The notes under the pieces: generated by a model
Told to the model about the DNA's origin: nothing
Seen by the model: only the letters and a program-made list of their open reading frames with translations
Database searches by the model: none
Translations under genes and position numbers: made by a program
NCBI GenBank assembly: GCA_963810095.1
Contig: CAWEMM010000012.1
Coordinates: 480,001 to 544,000 of the forward strand
Reading direction: 5' to 3'
Source: an uncultured Chloroflexia bacterium
GTDB taxonomy: Bacteria; Chloroflexota; Anaerolineae; CG2-30-64-16
DNA length: 64,000 nucleotides
In this document: in pieces, positions 10,916-22,305 of the stretch
Numbering within the stretch: position 1 is the stretch's first letter
How the letters are laid out: every line of letters begins with the position of its first letter

Positions 10916-11848
10916 CTACCTCATCCCGGGCGGGATAAACTCTCGCATGCCTCCGACTTCTTCCAGCGGCTGGCGCGCCGCGGCGGCCTCGGGCTCGAAG
11001 ATATCGCGCGGCTGGGGTGCGGAAAGGTAGACGTCCATGGTCTCCTTCCCCGCCGCAAACAGCTCCTCGATGTGATCGAAGTCGTTGAACTCCAAGTCTG
11101 CCAGTGCATTGATTTGGACGTGGTGGAGCTCGATATTCGGGTCCGCGTCCGCGCGCTTGAGGTCCTGGTACAGCGACTGGACCAGGAACGTCTCCATGGT
11201 CCGCATGAAGATCGGGAAGAGCCCCTTGACGGGCGTCCCCGGCGCCTCGCCTGCGCCCAGGTTCATCGCGTAGATGATCTGTGCGCCCCGGTCCATTGCG
11301 ACCGCACAAGGCACTTCCGCCAAGACGCCGCCGTCCACCAGCTGCTTGCCCGCATACATCACCGGCGGCTGGAGCACCGGGATGACGCTGGATGCCATCA
11401 TGCCCTCGACAAGGGGCGCTTCGGGAAAGTCGCCAAAGACGAAGAGCTTGCGGCTGATCAGATCGACGGCGGTCAGGTAGCACGGCGCGGCGAGGTCGCC
11501 GAAGGTGCGGGCGTTGGGCGGCAGGTGATTCTGGATCAGCTTGCGCATGCCCTCGGTTGGAAACAGGCCGTCGTCGCCTTGCACCAGGCGGCCCGCGATC
11601 GTGAAGACGTTGCCCGGGTAGACGACGTCGCGGGTTGCGCTGCGCCAGGCGTCCTTGAGACAATCGATGTTGGCCAACGACGGGCCATGCGCTGCCAGAA
11701 AACCGGAATTGATGGCGCCGGCCGAAGTGCCGACAAACATGTCCGGCTCGATGCCGTGCTCGAGCAGGGACTGGAGCGCGCCGACGTGGAGCGGCCCACG
11801 GATTCCGCCCCCACTCATGACGAATGCGACCTTCTTTCCGTTTTGCAT
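10916..11848 (-). CDS. Patatin-like phospholipase
   Basis: SGGGIRG oxyanion loop, GTSAG nucleophile motif and DGG motif. Confidence 0.92.
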   Translation of the reverse strand: MQNGKKVAFVMSGGGIRGPLHVGALQSLLEHGIEPDMFVGTSAGAINSGFLAAHGPSLANIDCLKDAWRSATRDVVYPGNVFTIAGRLVQGDDGLFPTEGMRKLIQNHLPPNARTFGDLAAPCYLTAVDLISRKLFVFGDFPEAPLVEGMMASSVIPVLQPPVMYAGKQLVDGGVLAEVPCAVAMDRGAQIIYAMNLGAGEAPGTPVKGLFPIFMRTMETFLVQSLYQDLKRADADPNIELHHVQINALADLEFNDFDHIEELFAAGKETMDVYLSAPQPRDIFEPEAAAARQPLEEVGGMREFIPPGMR

Positions 11849-12351
11849 CGGACCCTCCGGTTTCTGCCTGTGAACTGGCAGATGCTAGTGATCTCTGCGC
11901 CCTGGCTCGGCGCGGCCACTACCGCTAGTTTACCACTATTGCGCAAGCCCGGCACGAGACTGATCGGAGTTCGGATCATTGTATACAGACGCCATACCGC
12001 CCGTGCAGTAGGCTAATTCTACATAGAGGCTCATCCCCCGCTGCTGGACAACGAGGGATGAAATAGGACACTGATTGAGCCGATTCGACTGATTATCACG
12101 ATCTCTCGACCAAAGGACCGTGCATATCAGTTCAATCAGTTGCATCAGCGTCCTATTCCGGATGGGTCATGCTTATCAACGTCGTTGGCGGCGACTGGCG
12201 ACACGGGTACTACGGACGGGGCACTGCCGGTTACCGCCCGGTCAAGAGCGCTGACGGAGAGCGTAGATATCGCAGCAGAGATGCGGCGATGCCTACGCTC
12301 TCGTGCTATAGAGAACTGCTGTGAAACGTAGGACAAAGGAGCGGAGGAGTC

Positions 12352-12954
12352 ATGGCGAAGGGCCGAGCTACAGTACCGCCGGTAAAGCCGGCGCCGGCGA
12401 AATCCAAAGCGGGCGCGAAAGGTCGCAGCGGCTTGAGCCGGGCGCTCCCGTGGGTCATCGGGGGCGCGCTCGCGCTGGCCGCGATCGTCGGGCTGGCCTT
12501 CCTGGTGCAATCGAACACCGCACAGGCCAGCGCGCCGGGCGAGCGGATTGCGATCCAGGGCAACAATCACATCCAGCCGGGCACGCAGCACGCGGCCTAC
12601 AACTCTGATCCGCCTACGTCGGGCCCCCACTATCCCGAGCCGATCCCGGCGGGATACTACGACACGCCCCAAGCAGACGAGGCCGTGGTGCATAACCTGG
12701 AGCACGGCCACGTTTGGATCACGTATGACTGCACCAAGCTGACGAACTGCGATGCGGTGAAAACACAACTCCGCGCGCTCGTGCAGAGCTACAACCAGTG
12801 GAAAATCGTCGTCACGCCCCGCCAGAACAAGGACGCCGCGATCGGCGTCGCGGCCTGGGGCTGGCTGCTCAAGCTGAACAGCTACGACGAGACCAGCGTC
12901 CGCCGTTTCGTCGACGCGTGGCGCAACCGCGGTCCCGAGCAGACCATGGAGTAA
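12352..12954 (+). CDS. DUF3105-family membrane-anchored protein
   Basis: Single TM helix, then YNSDPPTSGPHY, VHNLEHGHVWITY and AWG. GGAGGAG RBS. Confidence 0.85.
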   Translation: MAKGRATVPPVKPAPAKSKAGAKGRSGLSRALPWVIGGALALAAIVGLAFLVQSNTAQASAPGERIAIQGNNHIQPGTQHAAYNSDPPTSGPHYPEPIPAGYYDTPQADEAVVHNLEHGHVWITYDCTKLTNCDAVKTQLRALVQSYNQWKIVVTPRQNKDAAIGVAAWGWLLKLNSYDETSVRRFVDAWRNRGPEQTME

Positions 12955-13026
12955 CGCGGCGACTGCCACGAGTCAGACGAGTTGGACGATCGCCTTGCGG
13001 GTAAGCGGCGCGTCGGGCCAATTCGG

Positions 13027-14290
13027 TTAGTCCGTGGCGCCTTCGCCGGACCCTCGCCAGAAGAACGCCCAATACAGCACGACAGACACGGCGTACAACG
13101 CGATGGTCAGCATGAACGGAGGACCGAAGCCGTAGCGCACCTGGAGCCAACCGCTGATCATCGGCGAGAAGGCCCACCCGAAGTTCCACGACATCGCGAT
13201 CAAGCTGGCCACCGTCGCGCGGGCCGGCGCTGTCCACCCGCTCCATGACGAACGTCTGGTAGATGGGGCTGCTCATGTTCATCAGCGCGACCCGGACCAG
13301 GTAGGCCACCACGCTCAGCCAATACCACGGCGAGAAGCCCAGCAGCACCAGGAACGGGATCGACAGGGCCTGCGTGACGACCACGAGCTGAATCTTGCCC
13401 ATGCGCTCTGCCAGCGGCGGCGCGACGATGAGGCCCACGCCCATGGCCAACGAACCCCACGCGAAAAGCGCGCCGATGGCGGGGTCAGGCTGGCCGTACT
13501 GCTCACGGAAGAAGACGTTCATGAAGGGCATGATTAGACCGGCGCCGATCGACGTGATCAGGAGGGGTGCGATCATCTTGCCGAGCAGCACCGGATGTCG
13601 CTGCGCGTAGGATATAGGCGCGAACACCGAGCGCTGCGCTTTGGTAAGCTGGGGCATGCGCATAAGGGCCAGCGGCACCAGCGCCAGCGCTGCGACGCCG
13701 GCCATGATCAGGAGCGCCGCGCCGTACGCTTGCGGACTCATTGGGTCGACGCCCAGGATCTTCCCGGTCCACCCCGGCATCACACCCCCCAGCCAGTTCC
13801 CCACCGACTGCGCCGCCATCGCCAGGCCCATGCTGAAACTGAAGAGGTAAGTGCGCTCCTGTTCGCCGCTGTTCTCCATCATGAACGGGCTGCTCGTCAC
13901 CGCAGCAAGCGACTGGCTGACGCCGAAAAGCACGTTCGCCGCGTAGAGCATGGCGGGATTCGGCACAAGCACCATCAGCACGACTGAGCCCGCCGTGACC
14001 GCGCCCGAGATGATGAAGGACTTTTTGCGGCCGAGCAGGTCGGCCACGTAACCGATGGGGAGCGCGACGAGCAGCGCGCTGAAGTTGTTGACCGTCACGA
14101 GGTTGCCGAGAAGCGCCTGGTCGTACCCGCGTGACAGAACGAAGAAGTTGAAGATGAGGCGGAAAACGCCCGTCGCCAGGCCCGCGATCAGGACGTTCAG
14201 GAGATACAGACGGGCGTTGGGGCGGAAGAGACGGAGCCGCGCGCCATAGTCACGCGCAGAGCGCAAGACCCCTGTGGCCGCAGGTGACAT
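13027..14290 (-). CDS. MFS transporter (frameshift near 13225)
   Basis: About 12 hydrophobic segments and MFS motif A (GYVADLLGRKK). The C-terminus continues in ORF 13027..13212. Confidence 0.88.
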
Positions 14291-14341
14291 GAGACAATTC
14301 CAGGCAAAAAAACTCCCGGCCAACACCGCCGGGGCACCAGT

Positions 14342-14350
14342 ATTATAGCA
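14342..14350 (-). promoter_or_regulatory. Extended -10 promoter (TGCTATAAT) of the MFS gene
   Basis: Minus strand reads TG-C-TATAAT about 50 nt upstream of the start codon. Confidence 0.55.
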
Positions 14351-14405
14351 CGCCTGGCGGCGGCCAACCAACTCAGATCTATCCGACCATTGGCTCTTGC
14401 TGGAG

Positions 14406-14426
14406 GACGACTAAAGTCGTCACTAC
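14406..14426 (-). repeat. GTAG-type REP-like palindrome
   Basis: Minus strand GTAGTG-ACGACT-TT-AGTCGT: a GTAG tetranucleotide 5' of a short hairpin, the architecture of RAYT-associated REPs. Confidence 0.5.
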
Positions 14427-14615
14427 GCACAAGCTCACATGCGATTAGTGTAGCCCCAGCTCCCGCCCTGTCCGGGGTTTGTCGAACTAGACGCGGCATG
14501 GACTTGGTGGTATCGTCGGCTTGGTAACACCGGCCGCTGCCCGGGCTCGGACCCCGGCTTACACCTGTTCTCCGTTTTAATGCTGAATAGATCTCGCGCT
14601 CCATGAGGAGGCTCA

Positions 14616-17477
14616 ATGACCACGAACGATCCCGGTTCAAGCCCGATGTCCGTGCAGAATCCCCGCACCGAATATCTGGAAAACCCTCTTGGCATCGATG
14701 TCCGCCCGCGGAGCGGTCCACGTCTGAGCTGGCAGGTCGCCGCATGCTGTCCGGGTAGCACGACCGCCGGCCGCGGCATGATGCAGCTCGCCTACCAGGT
14801 GCAGGCCGCGCGCGACCCCGGCGCCTTGGCGGCCGGCGACCTCGTGTGGGACTCGGGCAGGGTGGCGAGCGGCGACATTTCCGCACGTTACGGTGGACCA
14901 CAGCCCGTCTCGCGCCAGCGCATTTACTGGCGCGTGCGAGCGTGGGACCAGGACCGCCGCGTCACCGAGTGGAGCGAGCCCGCCTGGTGGGAGACGGGCC
15001 TGCTGGAAGAGAGCGAATGGACCGCGGACTGGCTCGAAGTTGGCTGGGACGAGGACCCCAAAGCCTTCAAACCCTGCCCGTACTTCCGCCGGGCCTTCAG
15101 CGTCGACGGCCCGGTCAGCGTCGGCGCGGCTCTACATCACGAGCCACGGCCTCTACGAAGCCTGGCTGAACGGCGAACGGGTCGGCGACCAGCGCTTCAC
15201 ACCCGGGTACACTACCTACGACAAGCGCCTGCAGTACCAGGTCTACGACGTCACCGGAATGATCCACGCCGGCGGCAACGCGCTGGGCGCCATGCTCGGC
15301 GACGGCTGGTACCGCGGCAAGGTCTATGCGCCGAATGCGCGTAATGTGTACGGCGATCGCCTGGGCCTGCTCGCGCTCCTGATCCTGGAGACTGCCGGTG
15401 GGCAGACGGTGATGATCGGCACCGACGGCAGCTGGAAGTGCACGCACAGGACCGCTCCTCAAGTCCGACATGAAGGACGGCGAGGTTTACGACGCCCGGC
15501 TGGAAATGCCCGGTTGGTGTACCGCGGGCTACGACGACGCGGGCTGGAAACCGGTGCGGGTGGCGGCACACCCCAAGAACCACCTCGTCGCGTCGATGGG
15601 CGTGCCCGTCCGGCGGAAGGAAACGTTCACGCCCCAGGCCATCATCACGACGCCGAAGGGCGAGACCGTGATCGACTTCGGCCAGAACCTGGCCGGTGTG
15701 GTGCGCATTCGCGTGCAGGGGCCCCCAGGGACCACCGTTCACCTGATACACGGCGAGACGCTCGACGCTGACGGCAACTTCACGCAGGCCCACCTGTTCA
15801 TCCCACCCGCCCGGCCGGGCGTTGAACCGTTCCAGGAGGACTTCTACACCCTCAAGGGGGCCGCCGATGACGGCGGCCTGGCGGTCGAGGAGTACGAGCC
15901 CCGGTTCACCGTCCACGGCTTTCGTTATGTAAAACTAGAGGGCTACCCCGGCCGGCCGTCGCCCGACAACTTCCTTGCCACTCGCCATATACAGCGACAT
16001 GCCGCCCACGGGTGCGTTCACCTGCTCAGATCCGCTCCTCAACCAACTCCACCACAACGTCGAGTGGAGCATGAAGAGCAACTTCCTCGACCTGCCCACC
16101 GACTGCCCTCAGCGCGAGCGCGCCGGCTGGACCGGCGACGCGCAGATCTTCGCGCCCACCGGCCTCGTTCCTCATGGACACGCGCGCCTTCTTCCGCAAG
16201 TGGCTGGCCGATCTCGCCCTCGAGCAACGGGCTCGACGGTGCGGTAGGCAGCTTCATCCCGAACCCGATCCGCCTCGCGAAGGGCCGCAGTGCGACCTTC
16301 TTCAAAGGGCTGGACGGCTCGGCCGGCTGGGGCGATTGCCGCGGTCATCTTGCCCTGGGAGCTTTACCAGGCCTACGGCGACCTCGAGGTGCTCGAGCGG
16401 CAGTATGACAGTATGAAGAAATGGGTCGACTATCGTCCACGGCCGCGGCGACACGAACGAACCCGGCCAAGAAACTATCTCCCCGCTACTGGCGCGACTC
16501 TGCGCCATCGCGTCCGCCAGAGCCTGGTGGTGGACATGGGCTACCAATGGGGCGAATGGTTGGAGCCGGGCGGGGGCACTACGCTTGCCATGGGCCTCGG
16601 CATGGGGCGCCGCTTCCTGTTTGGCGAGCCGGTGGTCGCTACTGCCTACTTCGCTTACTCGGCCCGCCTCGTCGGCCAGATCGCGGGCCTGCTGGGCAAA
16701 GAAGACGACGGCGAGCGCTACCGCCGTCTGGCGGATGAGGTAAAGGCAGTATACGCAGCGGAGTTTATCGGCCGGGACGGCCGTATCGAGCCAGACCGGC
16801 AGGCGTCGTACGTGCGGGTGCTCGCACTCGACCTTGCGCCGGCGGCGCTCAAGCCCGCCATTGTCGAGCACCTGGTCCGGCTGGTGCGGGCGGCCGGCAA
16901 TCACATCGGCACCGGCTTCCTCTCGACGGTGTTCCTCTGCGATGTGCTGGCCGAGAACGGTCGCCTCGACGTGGCCTACGACCTCCTCATGCAGAAGACC
17001 ATCCCATCCTGGCTCTATCCGGTCACAAGGGGTGCGACCACCATCTGGGAGACGTGGGAGGGCATTGGCGAGGACGGTACGCCCCAGTTATCGCTCAATC
17101 ACTACAGCCCGGGCGCGGTCGCCAACTTCCTGCACCGGACGGTAGCCGGTATCCGGGCCGCGGAACCGGGTTACCGCTGTATCGACATCCGCCCGCGGCC
17201 CGGTGGCGGCCTGACAAGCGCAGCCGCGAGCTACGACTCCGCGTACGGCCTGGTCGCCTCGGCCTGGTCGATCGAGGACGGTCTCATGCGGGTCGCCGTG
17301 ACCGTCCCAGCCAACACCCGCGCAGCAGTCACATTGCCCCGCGCGGGGGCAGCCGCAGTTTACGAAGGCGGCCTCCCGCTCGGCGAGGCGCCCGGCATCC
17401 TGTCCCACATGCGGTCTGGCCCAGACACCGTCGTCGAGATCGGCTCCGGCGCCTACCGCTTCGAGTACGCAATTTAG
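14616..17477 (+). CDS. Alpha-L-rhamnosidase (GH78), several frameshifts
   Basis: EYLENPLGID, FTPGYTTYDKRLQYQVYDVT, DFGQN, PTDCPQRERAGWTGD, ATTIWETWE and SLNHY, spread over consecutive frames. Confidence 0.92.
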
Positions 17478-17486
17478 AGGTGGGCC

Positions 17487-18323
17487 GTGCCTGATGGACA
17501 ACCGGCCACCCATTCTGCTTCCCAGCCACAGGAAGTCGCGCCCGCGGTCTACTGTCTGGAAGTCGGCAACGGGATGATGCGCTCGAATGTGTTCTTCGTG
17601 CGCTCCGGTGGGGCGTGGGTCTTGATCGATACGGGATCGGCCGGGTGCGACGGCGTAATCGGGCAGGCGGTCGCGTCCCTGTTCGGGACAGATACGCCAC
17701 CGGCGGCCATCCTGCTCACCCACGACCACCCCGACCATGCGGGTTCGGCGTTGGCATTGACCAGACGGTGGGGCTGCCCCGTGTATGTCCACCCGGACGA
17801 GCTGGCGCTCGTCACCATGGTCCCTGAAAACTACCTGGCGACCGTCAACCAGTATGCCAACCCGCTCGACCGCTGGGTCATCCTCCCGATCCTTCGCCTG
17901 CTTCCCGAGCGCAGGCGAGCGGCGATGCTGGCCGAGTCGAGTTTCAGGGACGCCGCGGCGGTGCTGGACCTCTACGGACCCGTCCCGCACCTTCCGGGCT
18001 GGACCTGCATTTCCACCCCGGGTCATACGCCGGGCCATGTTTCCTTCTTCCGCCCCGCGGACCGCGTCCTGATCACGGGTGATGCGGTCTTGACCATTCA
18101 GCTGAATTCCTTGTGGCGTTTCTTGCTGTCCGCTCTTGGGCGGGATAAGCGGGGAGTCTCGGGACCTCCGCGCCTCACCACTTGGGATTTGCGGGCCGCT
18201 CAGAAGTCGGTTGTCGCACTCGCAGGGCTTGAGCCTGACGTACTGGCATCCGGCCACGGGCTCCCTATGTGTGGCGGTGGGACCTCGGCTGCGTTGCAGG
18301 CTTTCGCAGACCGTTTTCGGTAG
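17487..18323 (+). CDS. MBL-fold metallo-hydrolase
   Basis: THDHPDH (HxHxDH), TPGHTPGH, GDA and SGHG. Confidence 0.9.
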   Translation: MPDGQPATHSASQPQEVAPAVYCLEVGNGMMRSNVFFVRSGGAWVLIDTGSAGCDGVIGQAVASLFGTDTPPAAILLTHDHPDHAGSALALTRRWGCPVYVHPDELALVTMVPENYLATVNQYANPLDRWVILPILRLLPERRRAAMLAESSFRDAAAVLDLYGPVPHLPGWTCISTPGHTPGHVSFFRPADRVLITGDAVLTIQLNSLWRFLLSALGRDKRGVSGPPRLTTWDLRAAQKSVVALAGLEPDVLASGHGLPMCGGGTSAALQAFADRFR

Positions 18324-18436
18324 CGCGTCACGCGATGCTTGATTGAGACGCTGGATGCCGGCCGCCGGAGCGGCGCCCGACAACGTCCGATTGGTTGGGG
18401 TGATCTGCCGCAGCGTGAGGCCGAAACGTTTGGGTT

Positions 18437-18492
18437 ACCCGACTGGTGGGGACAGCGGGCGGATGCCCCTCCGCCGTCCCCACCGGTCGGGT
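18437..18492. terminator. Long GC-rich hairpin between convergent genes
   Basis: ACCCGACTGGTGGGGACAGCGG ... CCGCCGTCCCCACCGGTCGGGT, about 22-bp stem, 15 nt past the stop of the last minus-strand operon gene. Confidence 0.65.
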
Positions 18493-18506
18493 GCGGCTTG
18501 TCAGGT

Positions 18507-19390
18507 TCAGCCGGCGGCCGCAGCCGCGGCCTTCGCCTTCTCCCGCTTCCTGAAATCCTTGATCCACTTGCGGCCGTACTCGTCATGACCGAGGAAGAGG
18601 TCCGCGGCGAGGACGGCGGTGTGCACTGCGGGTTCGAGGGGGTTCGTGATCGCCGAATTCAGCCCTGCATGCATCGCCATCGCAATAAAGGCCGCATTGA
18701 GCGACGGGCGGTCGGGCAGGCCGAACGAGACGTTGCTGGCCCCGGCCGTGAGGTTCACGCCCAGCTCCGCACGCAGCAACTGCATGGTTGCGAGCGTTAC
18801 GGCGCCCGCGTTCGAGTCGGCCCCGACGGTCATCACGAGGGGATCGAAGACAAGGTCCTCGATCGGGACGCCGTGATCCGCGGCGCGGGCGACGATCTTG
18901 CCGCGATCTCGAGCCGGGCGTACGGGTCCTGGATCGGACCGCGCTCGTCGTTGCACAGCGCGATCACGGCCGCGCCGTACTTCTTGGCCAGGGGCAGCAC
19001 GCGCTCCAGCGCCGCTTCCTCGCCCGTGGTCGAATTGATCAGCGCCTTGCCACTGTAGATCGCAAGCCCCGCGGCCAGCGCATCCGGGTTCGCCGAGTCG
19101 AACGAAATCGGTACGTCGGCACAGTCGATCACCATTAGCGCGGCCTGCCGCATGATCGCCGGCTCATCACCGCCCGGCACACCTGCATTGACGTCGAGCA
19201 CGGCGGCGCCCGCTTCGATCTGAGCCAGCGCGTCGGACTGGACGCGCGAAAAATCCCCGTTTGCCAGCTCCTCCGCCAGCTTCTTGCGCCCCGTCGGGTT
19301 GATGCGCTCGCCAATGATCACGAACGGATTCTCCGGGCTGATCACCACGGTCTTGGTCTTCGACGATAGTACGGTTTCCATGTGTTGCAA
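18507..19390 (-). CDS. Pterin-binding methyltetrahydrofolate:corrinoid methyltransferase (AcsE/MetH pterin-domain type), frameshift near 18900
   Basis: IIGERINPTGRK, LDVNAG, SFDS, INST, FDPL and GASNVSFGLP. Confidence 0.88.
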
Positions 19391-19424
19391 CTCCCTGGGA
19401 GATATGCTGATTGGCAGGCTCGGC

Positions 19425-20861
19425 TTATGCCTGTACGGGTTGGGCCGTTGCTTCGGCCAGTATCGCTTCGAGGACAGTCTGCACCCCCGCCGGCAAGGCG
19501 GGCGGCTGGTGCCTGGCGAGAATGCGGCGGAGCTTGTCGTCGACGCGCTGGCTGGTATCCCGCGCGCCCGCCTGCTCCCATACGGCGTGCTGGTTTCGGT
19601 CGAGCACGGTGGGCATCCACACTTCGCGGCGTGACACGCCGACCGACTCCGGCTCTTCCAGGAAGTGCCCGCCCGGCCCCACCTTCTCGATCAGGTCCAG
19701 CATCACCGCGGCGCGGCTGACCTCGATCCCGCGGCCGATGCGCCGGGCCATGCCCACGATCTCGTCGACCAGCACCAGCATCGGCAGCGAGCCGATATCG
19801 GCGCAGTCGAGAAATCCGCCGTCGTGGACGAGCGCCGCGCCGCTCAACTGGGACATGAGGATCTGCAGTGCTGCCTCCACGCCGGCTTGCGCGTCGAGCA
19901 GCTTGCTCTCCGACGCGCCGGCCGTGCCCATGAAGGGCAAGCCCAGAAAGCGCGCCAGGTCTGCCGCGGCCGCCGAGTGCAGCGAAGCCTCAGGCGAGCC
20001 GTACGACGGCCGGGCCGTGCGCAGGTCCATCGGCGAGGGCAGGCCGCCGATCGCCGCGGCCGCGCCGGGCCGGGCCAGTTGAATCACCGCCAGCCCACTG
20101 AGCGCCGCCGCCTGGTGCAGCACCAGGGCAGATGCCCCACTGAACGGCGATTCGATTCCAACGGTGGGGCCGCCGAGGTAAACGACCGGAATGCCGTGCC
20201 GCGCCGCCCACATCACGTTGGCAAGATCTTCGTCCGTGTGCCGCAGGGGTGAGGGATAGGTGGAGAAGAGCGCGAAAATCGGCCGGGCAGCCAACACCTC
20301 TTCGTTCCCCGCCACGGCAACGGCCATGCGGTGCATTGCAGCAACGTTCGAGGGGTCGTGGGCCCATCCGACGATCGGCTTGCCGGTGTTCGCGATCAGC
20401 TCAGCAAACTCGTAGACCGCCGCCTGATCGGACCGCGGGATGTCCTGGATGAGCCCCAGGCCCATCACGTAGTCGATGTTCGGCAGGGCATCGGCCACCC
20501 GTGCGGCCAGGGCCGGGTCACCGCGGCGCGAAGGCCGGCGCTCGCCTGTCTCGGGGTCGACGAAGTAGGTGGTCGTCAGGCCGGGCCCGAAGTGGCTGGG
20601 TCCGTCCGCCGACACCCGCATCGGCCGGTCGCCGCTGCGCCCCCAAACGGTAAACGAGCGGGGGGTCGAACCAATTGCCGCCCGAATCACGGGGGCCGGG
20701 ATCCGGACGCGTACGCCGTCGACCCGCGCGCCGGCGCCCGCCAACAGATCGCGCGCCTCTGCGTTCGCCACGTCCACGCCGATGCGCTCCAGGCATTCCA
20801 GGGACGCAGCGGTGAGCTCCCGGCACTGTTCGTCTGACAAAACACGCAACGATAAGGTCAT
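19425..20861 (-). CDS. MttB-family (trimethylamine/quaternary amine:corrinoid) methyltransferase, non-pyrrolysine
   Basis: LERIGVDV, SPLRH, MDLRTARPSYGSPE, SKLLDAQAGVE, HDGGFL and VGPGGHFL. No in-frame TAG. Confidence 0.9.
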   Translation of the reverse strand: MTLSLRVLSDEQCRELTAASLECLERIGVDVANAEARDLLAGAGARVDGVRVRIPAPVIRAAIGSTPRSFTVWGRSGDRPMRVSADGPSHFGPGLTTTYFVDPETGERRPSRRGDPALAARVADALPNIDYVMGLGLIQDIPRSDQAAVYEFAELIANTGKPIVGWAHDPSNVAAMHRMAVAVAGNEEVLAARPIFALFSTYPSPLRHTDEDLANVMWAARHGIPVVYLGGPTVGIESPFSGASALVLHQAAALSGLAVIQLARPGAAAAIGGLPSPMDLRTARPSYGSPEASLHSAAAADLARFLGLPFMGTAGASESKLLDAQAGVEAALQILMSQLSGAALVHDGGFLDCADIGSLPMLVLVDEIVGMARRIGRGIEVSRAAVMLDLIEKVGPGGHFLEEPESVGVSRREVWMPTVLDRNQHAVWEQAGARDTSQRVDDKLRRILARHQPPALPAGVQTVLEAILAEATAQPVQA

Positions 20862-21050
20862 GTCTGCACCCGTGGTTCACTGTTTACAGGAAGTCGCGAA
20901 GGCACCAAGTTTCGCGAAGATCGGCCGTCCTCCACAAGCCCGGGAAGAGGTGCGGACCGAGGCGGAAATTTTCCCCCCACAATGAAAGCAGGCCGCGCTT
21001 GGTGAAGCTTCGCGTTCTTTGATCCTTCCTGTGAAGGGAATGCCCCTCGC

Positions 21051-22217
21051 TTACACCCGCGCAACCGCGTCCGCGATGCGATCGAGCGCCTCGCGGATGT
21101 TGTCCATCGAGCTGGCGAAGACCAGCCGCAGATAGCCTTCGCCGTAGCTTCCGAAGGCCGTGCCCGGCAGAACGGCCACGCCTGCTTGCTCCAGCAGGAA
21201 ATCAGCCCACCAGGCGGACGTCTTGCCGTACGACGACACGTTGGGGAACACGTAGAATGCACCCTGGGGCGAGCGGCAGCGCCAGCCCGGGATTTTGTTC
21301 AAGCCGGCGACGAGCACGTCACGGCGGCGCTGGTATTCGGCCACCACCGCATCGACCTCTTCCTGCGGGCCGGTTAGCGCCTCGATGCCGGCAACCTGGG
21401 TGAAGCTCGCCGTGCAACCGACCGAGTGCGTCATCAGCAGTTCGACGCGCTCTGCCAGGGCCTCGGGCATGATGCCATAGCCAAGCCGCCAGCCGGTCAT
21501 CGCGTAAGTCTTCGAGAAGCCGTCGCAGATAATGGTCCGCTCCTGCATGCCCGGCAGGGCCGCGATGGTCGGCACCTCGCAGCCGTCGAAGGCGAGACGC
21601 ATGTAAATCTCGTCGGAGAGGACCCAAATGTCGCGCTCGATCGCGACCTGTGCGATGTGCTGCAGGGCGGCCGTCGACATCACCCCACCCGTCGGGTTGC
21701 TCGGCGAGTTGAGGATGATCATGCGCGTCTTGTCGGACACGAGCCGGTCAAACGCAGCCAGGTCGAACGAGAAATCCTGCTCTTCCACCAGCGGCACGGG
21801 CACCGCCTTGCCCCCCGCCACGCCGATCATCGCCGAGTAGGTTGGGAAGCCCGGGTCAGGATAGATGACCTCGTCGCCCGGCCGCACCAGCGCCAACGTG
21901 GGGAAGAAGAGCGCGGGCTTCGCGCCCGGTCCCACAACCACCTGCGCAGGGTTGAAGGCAACGCCCCGGCGCTTGCTAGCATCCTCGGCGATGGCCTCGC
22001 GGAGTGCGGGCATGCCGGCCGAAGGGGTATAGCGGGTGAAGTTATCCTCGATGGCCCGCACGCCGGCCGCCTTTACGTTGCCAAAGGTCGGCACGTCGGG
22101 CTGGCCGATCTCGAGGTGGACGATGTGCTTGCCCTGCGCTTCCAGTGCATTGGCACGGGCCAGCATGAAGTACGCGCCCTCGGGCGCAAGATGGTTGACG
22201 CGGTCGGCAAAGGTCAT
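21051..22217 (-). CDS. PLP-dependent aminotransferase class I/II (AspB-like)
   Basis: LEIGQPD, NSPSNPTG, SDEIY and FSKTYAMTGWRLG. Confidence 0.92.
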   Translation of the reverse strand: MTFADRVNHLAPEGAYFMLARANALEAQGKHIVHLEIGQPDVPTFGNVKAAGVRAIEDNFTRYTPSAGMPALREAIAEDASKRRGVAFNPAQVVVGPGAKPALFFPTLALVRPGDEVIYPDPGFPTYSAMIGVAGGKAVPVPLVEEQDFSFDLAAFDRLVSDKTRMIILNSPSNPTGGVMSTAALQHIAQVAIERDIWVLSDEIYMRLAFDGCEVPTIAALPGMQERTIICDGFSKTYAMTGWRLGYGIMPEALAERVELLMTHSVGCTASFTQVAGIEALTGPQEEVDAVVAEYQRRRDVLVAGLNKIPGWRCRSPQGAFYVFPNVSSYGKTSAWWADFLLEQAGVAVLPGTAFGSYGEGYLRLVFASSMDNIREALDRIADAVARV

Positions 22218-22240
22218 GGTCGCTCCAACTGGAATCTCTC

Positions 22241-22299
22241 AACACAAAGACACGAAGGCACAAGGGCTGAGACGCTTTGTGTCCTTGTGTCCTTGTGGT
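22241..22299. repeat. CACAAAG/CACGAAG 9-mer palindromic intergenic repeat
   Basis: ACACAAAGACACGAAGGCACAAGG ... CTTTGTGTCCTTGTGTCCTTGTGGT. Confidence 0.7.
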
Positions 22300-22305
22300 A
22301 AACCG

